From assembly GCA_030248405.1 (NCBI GenBank), contig JARCMA010000067.1, positions 1 to 43,043 on the forward strand: a DNA stretch of 43,043 nt, written 5' to 3'. The position numbers and the translations under genes are program-made. Numbering within the stretch: position 1 is the stretch's first letter; every line of letters begins with the position of its first letter. The DNA comes from Microcoleus sp. MP8IB2.171 (GTDB taxonomy: Bacteria > Cyanobacteriota > Cyanobacteriia > Cyanobacteriales > Microcoleaceae). Shown here in pieces: positions 37,515-43,043 of this stretch. Below the pieces are notes generated by a model. That model searched no databases and had not been told where the DNA came from. It saw only the letters and a list, made by a program, of their open reading frames with translations.

Positions 37515-38714
37515 TTAAGCCTCATCTAAAGCAGCAACACCAGGCAATTCCTTACCTTCGAGCAGTTCCAAACTAGCACCGCCACCAGTAGAAATGTGGC
37601 TCATTTCAGGCCCCAAATTCAACTGTTCCACAGCCGCTACCGAATCACCGCCGCCAATAATTGTGGTAGTACCAGTTTTAGTAATTCCCGCCAAAGAATG
37701 AGCGATTCCTTCAGTTCCCACAGCAAACTTCTCCATCTCAAACACGCCCATGGGCCCGTTCCAGATTACCGTTTTGCAATCGGCCAAAGCATCTTGGAAA
37801 GTTTTTACTGAATCCGGGCCGATGTCCAAACCCATCCAACCGTCGGGAATGTTCTCAACGGAGACAGTTTGAGTGTTAGCATCAGCAGCAAACTTGTCAG
37901 CAACTATCACATCAGTAGGCAACAGAAAAGTAACTCCCCGTTCCTTTGCTTTAGCTTCCAAAGACTTAGCCAGTTCCAGCTTGTCATCTTCCACCAAAGA
38001 CTTGCCCACGTTCAAACCGCGAGCTTTGTAGAACGTGAACACCATGCCGCCACCCAGCAGCAATTTGTCACACTTTTCGAGCAGCTTTTCAATGACTCCA
38101 ATCTTGCTGGAAACCTTAGAACCACCGATGATAGCAGCTAAAGGACGTTGCGGATTGTCGATCGCACTACCGAGATACTGCAATTCCTTCTCCATCAAAA
38201 AACCAGCCACAGAAGGACTCAGATACTTAGTAACACCCTCAGTAGAAGCGTGAGCCCGGTGAGCCGTCCCAAAAGCATCATTGACATACAAATCGGCAAC
38301 AGAAGCTAACTTCTTAGCAAATTCCGGGTCGTTTGCCTCCTCCTCTGGGTAGAAGCGGACATTTTCCAGCAAAACCACATCGCCATTTTGCATCGCGGCG
38401 ACTGTAGCAGCGACTTCATCACCGATGCAGTCGTCAGTCTTTTTGACCTCTTTGCCCAACAATTCCGACAGCCGTTTCGCAACCGGCGTCAAGCGCAACT
38501 TCTCCGTCACACCCTTGGGGCGGCCGAAGTGGCTGCACAAAATCACCTTAGCGCCCTTCGACGCTAAATCCTCAATAGTCGGCAGAGCAGCCCGGATGCG
38601 AGTATCATCGGTGATATTGCCGTTGTCGAGCGGCACGTTAAAGTCCGCCCGCACCAATACCCGTTTGCCCGATAAGTCCGATGCCGATAAATTTGCTACA
38701 GTTTTTTTTGTCAC
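37515..38714 (-). CDS. pgk: Phosphoglycerate kinase
   Basis: [49 protein letters not shown]; AGGAGG RBS before GTG. Confidence 0.99.
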   Translation of the reverse strand: MTKKTVANLSASDLSGKRVLVRADFNVPLDNGNITDDTRIRAALPTIEDLASKGAKVILCSHFGRPKGVTEKLRLTPVAKRLSELLGKEVKKTDDCIGDEVAATVAAMQNGDVVLLENVRFYPEEEANDPEFAKKLASVADLYVNDAFGTAHRAHASTEGVTKYLSPSVAGFLMEKELQYLGSAIDNPQRPLAAIIGGSKVSSKIGVIEKLLEKCDKLLLGGGMVFTFYKARGLNVGKSLVEDDKLELAKSLEAKAKERGVTFLLPTDVIVADKFAADANTQTVSVENIPDGWMGLDIGPDSVKTFQDALADCKTVIWNGPMGVFEMEKFAVGTEGIAHSLAGITKTGTTTIIGGGDSVAAVEQLNLGPEMSHISTGGGASLELLEGKELPGVAALDEA

Positions 38715-38857
38715 AGGATTAACCTCCTAATATTTGTGTTTTTGTCTAATTCCGTTGAAATGGCAGCACTCGTCACTTGCACTTGGGGCCTCGGACGCAT
38801 TCAACCGCGCCCGTACAAAAAACGGAAGATGAAACAAACGGCACTGATTGGCTCAAC

Positions 38858-39155
38858 TTGGCACTCTCCGACTATCAGGCAGGGAGATTCTTGGTTCAAC
38901 GAAACCACTTAACCTAGAGTCCTTGCGTCATCTAGACCAGAGGTGGGATTCTCCCAAAGCGTTAATTCGGGTATGCCCTACCCTATTTGCATTGCTGCAA
39001 GTCCTGTTTGAGGAAAGAAACAAATTTGTTTCACAATACTGTTCGTCTAGCCCCTATAAATCCTTTACCCACTGCTAGGAAAAAACTAGAACAATGCAGT
39101 AGAACCGCATAGATTTAATTGTCAAGGTTCAGTGCTTTGCCGTTTGGCAGCAAGG
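38858..39155 (-). ncRNA. Candidate TnpB-type right-end (omega/re) RNA with boxB/boxA-like leader
   Basis: Hairpins GGGTAGGGCATACCC and TGGGAGAATCCCA plus the terminal hairpin; upstream TGCTGCCAAACGGCAAAGCA-CT-GAACCTTGACAA. Confidence 0.6.
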
Positions 39156-39216
39156 TTTTGTAAGTGGTTGATTACCTTTGCCACTATAATTAGCACAGTA
39201 CCTTAAACAGGCGACA

Positions 39217-39357
39217 ATGGCAAGAACCAAAGTATACAACTTACGGCTAACTGAAATGGAATGGGAGGAGTTAGTTGCTGATGCTGAATTGGAGCAAGTA
39301 TGGCCTGCTGAGGTTCTCAGGGACTATATTAAAACATTGAATAAAAAGCCGTCCTAG
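39217..39357 (+). CDS. 46-aa ribbon-helix-helix (CopG-like) protein inside the element
   Basis: Below the ORF-track cut-off: MARTKVYNLRLTEMEWEELVADAELEQVWPAEVLRDYIKTLNKKPS; TATAAT at 39185; stop codon lies in the left-end hairpin. Confidence 0.7.
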   Translation: MARTKVYNLRLTEMEWEELVADAELEQVWPAEVLRDYIKTLNKKPS

Positions 39358-39426
39358 AAGGACAGGGCTTTAAACCCAATTTCTTGGTAAACATTTTATC
39401 GGAGTCCGTACCGGGAGATGTGCGTT

Positions 39427-39840
39427 ATGTTCAAGACTGTCTTATTTCCTGTCGATCAAAGCCGAGAAGCCCGCGAAGCCGCGGAAAAGGTGATCAATAT
39501 TGTGAAAACCTACGCTTCTCGTTTAGTTATTCTCTCGGTAGTCGAACCCCCAGCCGAGGAGGCCGACTCCCCCCCGCGAGAGGTGATGAGTTCCCCCGAA
39601 GCAGTCGCTAAACTGCTGTCTGAGGCCCAATCGATGTTTTCCCAGCAGGGAATCGAAGCTGAAATCATTGAGCGAGAAGGCAAACCGGCTTTCACGATTT
39701 GCGATGTGGCTGACGAAATTGGGGCCGATTTGATTGTGATGGGCTGTCGGGGGATGGGTTTAACCGATGATGGGGCGTCTGACAGCGTTACCAATCGGGT
39801 GATCAATCTGTCTCCTTGTGCAGTTTTGATTGTGCCTTAA
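39427..39840 (+). CDS. Universal stress protein
   Basis: MFKTVLFPVDQS, GKPAFTIC, DLIVMGCRG, SVTNRVINLSPCAVLIVP. Confidence 0.95.
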   Translation: MFKTVLFPVDQSREAREAAEKVINIVKTYASRLVILSVVEPPAEEADSPPREVMSSPEAVAKLLSEAQSMFSQQGIEAEIIEREGKPAFTICDVADEIGADLIVMGCRGMGLTDDGASDSVTNRVINLSPCAVLIVP

Positions 39841-39841
39841 C

Positions 39842-39892
39842 AGAAGGAAGAAGGAAGAAGGAAGAAGGAAGAAGGAAGAAGTAAGAAGTAAG
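39842..39892 (+). repeat. Heptamer STRR tract (AAGAAGG/AAGAAGT)
   Basis: About 7 units; complementary pyrimidine tracts at 18547-18585 and 40126-40177. Confidence 0.88.
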
Positions 39893-40182
39893 ACAACTCT
39901 TTCTTATTGCTTCTGGCATTTTTCTTAATCCCTTTTCCATTTTCCTGATTTCTTCCTTCTTCCCTATGCTTTCTTCTCTCTGCGCTCTCTGCGCCCTCTG
40001 TGGTTAGTTCCTTCTTATTTATTCCTGAGATTTATTGTAAAAGTCGCTTTCCAATTAGGAAATTATCTACATTTATCTGCCTTTCATCTGCGGTTGACTG
40101 GCTCGATCAAAGATTTATGTTAAGTCTCTTCCCTCTTCCCTCTTCCCTCTTCCTTCTTCCCTCTTCCTTCTTCCTTCATATT

Positions 40183-41037
40183 ATGAAAATTCACTGGTAT
40201 CCCGGTCACATTGCCAAAGCTGAACGGGCATTAAAAGAACAACTAAAGCGCGTAGATGTGGTTCTCGAAGTCCGAGATGCCCGCATTCCATTGGCTACTT
40301 ACCACCCCCAAATGCCGAGCTGGGTGGGCGGTAAGGCGCGAGTATTGGTGATCAACCGCATGGATATGATTACGCCTCGATCGCGCGAGGCGTGGGAAAC
40401 ATGGTTTGAGTCTCAAGGGGAAACTGCGTATTTTACTAATGCCGAACACGGGCAAGGAGTACACGATGTGGCGGATGCCGTGCAGGATGCTGGGGTGCAG
40501 TTAAATAAACGCAGGTTCGATCGAGGTATGCTGCCCCGTCCAGTTCGGGCCGTGGTAATGGGCTTTCCAAATGTCGGAAAATCTGCTTTAATCAATCGGT
40601 TGTTAGGGCGGAGAGTGGTGGACAGTGCCCGCAGAGCTGGAGTAACTAAATCGCTCCGATGGATTCGCATTTCTGACGAAATTGAATTATTAGACGCCCC
40701 CGGAGTCATCCCAACCCGAATTAACAATCAAGAAAATGCCATAAAATTAGCTATTTGCGAAGATATTGGCGAAGCAGCTTACGACAATCAGGTAGTAGCA
40801 GCAGCGATGGTAGATTTGCTCCGAGGGCTGGAAGCGGCTGATGAGACTTTGATATCAATATCTGGTTTCAAATCCAGGTATAAATTAGATCCAGCTTGTA
40901 GTAATGGTGAAGATTATTTGCACGAGGTAGCAAAAGACAGGTACAAAGGAGATGTCGAACGAACGGCGCGGCAGATGTTAAACGATTTTAGAACTGGTGT
41001 TTTGGGTCAACTTACTTTGGAGTTGCCGCCGGCTTGA
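40183..41037 (+). CDS. ylqF: Ribosome biogenesis GTPase YlqF/RbgA
   Basis: IHWYPGH, EVRDARIP, INRMD (G4), GFPNVGKS (G1), GVT (G2), DAPG (G3); ATG 40183. Confidence 0.95.
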   Translation: MKIHWYPGHIAKAERALKEQLKRVDVVLEVRDARIPLATYHPQMPSWVGGKARVLVINRMDMITPRSREAWETWFESQGETAYFTNAEHGQGVHDVADAVQDAGVQLNKRRFDRGMLPRPVRAVVMGFPNVGKSALINRLLGRRVVDSARRAGVTKSLRWIRISDEIELLDAPGVIPTRINNQENAIKLAICEDIGEAAYDNQVVAAAMVDLLRGLEAADETLISISGFKSRYKLDPACSNGEDYLHEVAKDRYKGDVERTARQMLNDFRTGVLGQLTLELPPA

Positions 41038-41056
41038 TCAGACTCGTAACCTACAA

Positions 41057-41872
41057 CTAATCAGAAATGGTATTCGATAGAAAGTTGCTGACGCTGAGAA
41101 TGTGAACTTCGTCTCCTATGTGTAATATTTTTTCTGCTGCTTGAGGTGCGACTCGTGTGTTAACTATCAGCCGACTAAAGTGATTTAAATGCCCTTTTTT
41201 TACCAGGTCAGGCATGATTTCCTTCTGCTTGGCTGTTAGTATATTTTTAAAATTGGGATCGCCTGCTTTCGCCCCATAATTTCGCGTAGATAGGATACAT
41301 GGCTGACCGGGATTAATAGCTTCAAATATTACTGTTCCTATTTTAAACCTAACAATTTCATCGGATTGTGAGAAAAGTTGGTCTTCCCAAAAAGCCGGGA
41401 CATCTCCTATTTCAATATTAGCTCGCAAGCGATGGCGCATCTCGTTAACGCAAACTCTCGGAAACCAAGATGCAACTTCGGCAATTGTTTCGGTACTGAT
41501 AATGCTTGGCCCTGGTGCAGCGAGATTGTCGGGAAAACCTGTCAGCAAGTTTTCAATTAACTTGACGGGGAAACCGAAGTAGCTGCTCAACCACGATTCT
41601 ATTGCCAAGCGTTCTCTATCTACATGAAAAAATATTTCTTGTTCGGTGCCTTGAATTTTCAGACCGGCAATTCTCTTTTTGATGTCAAAGGATAAGCGTA
41701 GAAAACAGACTCCGCTGTTGTGCTTAGTGTTAACCAATTCTCCTGCTGCATCGCAGATGGCAAAAGAGCGATCGCCTTCTAGAACTCCGCTGGCTAGAAT
41801 AGTTGCTTGACTGACTGCTATGCCGTCAAGGGACTTGATCGGATAGATATGAATGCTGGCGACGTAGGACAT
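41057..41872 (-). CDS. MOSC domain protein
   Basis: IHIYPIKSLDG, DRSFAI, GFPD, RLRANIEI, FWED, LHIGDEV. Confidence 0.9.
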   Translation of the reverse strand: MSYVASIHIYPIKSLDGIAVSQATILASGVLEGDRSFAICDAAGELVNTKHNSGVCFLRLSFDIKKRIAGLKIQGTEQEIFFHVDRERLAIESWLSSYFGFPVKLIENLLTGFPDNLAAPGPSIISTETIAEVASWFPRVCVNEMRHRLRANIEIGDVPAFWEDQLFSQSDEIVRFKIGTVIFEAINPGQPCILSTRNYGAKAGDPNFKNILTAKQKEIMPDLVKKGHLNHFSRLIVNTRVAPQAAEKILHIGDEVHILSVSNFLSNTISD

Positions 41873-42106
41873 TTCGAGCCATTGATAAATAATTGTCGTT
41901 TTAGATACATTCTAGCATCCCCTGCCGGCAGAAGGATGACCGCAGTTGACTTTACTAAATAAAATATGAATGAAATAAAAATGGGTCACTTTTTTGAAGT
42001 TTACATTTTGCCGGAGCTGCGTGTAAAGAAAAATCAAACAAGTCTGACTGAGCTTGTGGTAGATATTATGCTATAAAATAGAAAAAATTGAACCGAGTTA
42101 TAAGCA

Positions 42107-42817
42107 ATGACTGAAAGCGGAAAAAAAGGCATGATTTCGCGACGCAATTTAATGTTGAGGGCTGGTGCGGGGATGCTGGCGGCAAGCTTGGCACCTGCGT
42201 TTTTACAAGCCGAAGCAGCAAAGGCAGAGGCAATCTCTGACATTACTCCTAGCAGTGCTCTTAAGAAATTGATGGCGGGGAATCAACGCTACATGGAGCA
42301 AAAACGGACATTTCCCGACCAAGCCCGATCGCGAATTGTAGAAGTAGCACAGGGTCAACATCCGTTTGCAACCATCCTGGCTTGTTCTGATTCGCGCGTT
42401 GCTCCCGAAATTATTTTCGACCAAGGATTAGGGGACTTATTTGATATCCGAGTAGCTGGCAATTTTCTCGACGATGTAGTTCTCGGAAATATAGAATATG
42501 CCACCTTAGAATTAGGCGTGCCGCTATTAGTAATTCTGGGTCACGAACGCTGCGGTGTTGTTAAAGCAGCTTTAGATGGCAAAGCTCTTCCAGGTCACCT
42601 TAGCACTTTGGTGGCGGCGATTAAACCGGCAGTTGATGCCACAAAAAATCTAGGTGGCGATGCCTGGGATAACGCAGTCAGAGCTAATGTGAAAATGAAT
42701 GTAAATAAGTTACAATCCTCGTCGCCTATTTTAGCTGAGGCAGTCAAAGCGGGCAAGCTTAAAGTTGTTGGGGGTCGCTACGATTTGGATAGCGGCAAAG
42801 TAGAGATAATTGCTTGA
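42107..42817 (+). CDS. Beta-class carbonic anhydrase with Tat signal
   Basis: SRRNLM Tat motif; zinc ligands CSDSR and GHERCG; RVAGN. Confidence 0.95.
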   Translation: MTESGKKGMISRRNLMLRAGAGMLAASLAPAFLQAEAAKAEAISDITPSSALKKLMAGNQRYMEQKRTFPDQARSRIVEVAQGQHPFATILACSDSRVAPEIIFDQGLGDLFDIRVAGNFLDDVVLGNIEYATLELGVPLLVILGHERCGVVKAALDGKALPGHLSTLVAAIKPAVDATKNLGGDAWDNAVRANVKMNVNKLQSSSPILAEAVKAGKLKVVGGRYDLDSGKVEIIA

Positions 42818-43043
42818 TTTTGCTGGTAATTTTCAGAATTTGTACGGTAGTGCCAAGAGTGCCTACCCCTTGGGGATCGCGGGGAAACCATCGGGGATTG
42901 CCCCTAAGAATTATTTGGTAACGATAAAGTAGATATGCAAGTTTAAACCCACATTCCGCAGATGTGATTCATGTTACTGGTATTTTTGAAAAATCAAACC
43001 CATCAAACTTTTTTAGTCTAACTTTTTTAACTTTAGTGTCTAC

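Larger units (their letters stand above)
38858..39386 (-). mobile_element. Non-autonomous IS605-type element lacking both tnpA and tnpB
   Basis: Minus strand: TTAC|CAAGAAATTGGGTTTAAAGCCCTGTCCTTCTAGGACGGCTT left end with hairpin; right end GAACCAAGAATCTCCCTGCCTGATAGTCGGAGAGTGCCAA resembles cyanobacterial tnpB right ends (from recall, not searched). Confidence 0.75.

Noticed and set aside
38848-39078. 76-aa plus-strand ORF
   Set aside because: Antisense to the structured right-end region, crosses the element boundary, has a TTG start and no recognisable motif.
38858-39130. Group I intron (IStron)
   Set aside because: Could not identify P7/core motifs, and the element is intergenic; a cmsearch would be needed to exclude it fully.
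40000-40182. N-terminal extension of YlqF
   Set aside because: It translates pyrimidine heptamer repeats; the conserved protein begins at ATG 40183.
1-43043. Second in-window targets for the three predicted guides, and a tnpA gene
   Set aside because: None seen by eye; a genome-wide search is needed.

Overview
Chromosomal window from a filamentous cyanobacterium. Frequent HIP1 octamers (GCGATCGC), heptamer STRR tracts and the gene set suggest Oscillatoriales, Microcoleus/Tychonema-like; this is an inference. The housekeeping backbone comprises polA, clpB, purU, thrC, desA, pgk, rbgA/ylqF and a beta-carbonic anhydrase, interspersed with signalling genes and accessory modules. Main points: (1) Three IS200/IS605-type RNA-guided elements and no tnpA: an intact iscB with its omegaRNA, a protein-free copy of the same omegaRNA that keeps both ends and the same GTGAA flank, and a tnpB-less element carrying a TnpB-type right-end RNA, a boxB/boxA-like leader and an unannotated 46-aa ribbon-helix-helix gene. 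(2) A three-gene locus (nuclease-ParA fusion plus two ParB-like proteins lacking the canonical arginine patch) whose 420-bp internal spacer can fold into a multi-domain RNA or serve as a repeat-bearing binding site. (3) A 24-nt micro-element inserted precisely into HIP1 sites three times, once in frame inside a gene. (4) A decaying DUF262 + HEPN pair and a toxin-first RelE-type TA pair. No rRNA, tRNA or CRISPR array was seen. All calls are from manual reading; no searches were run.
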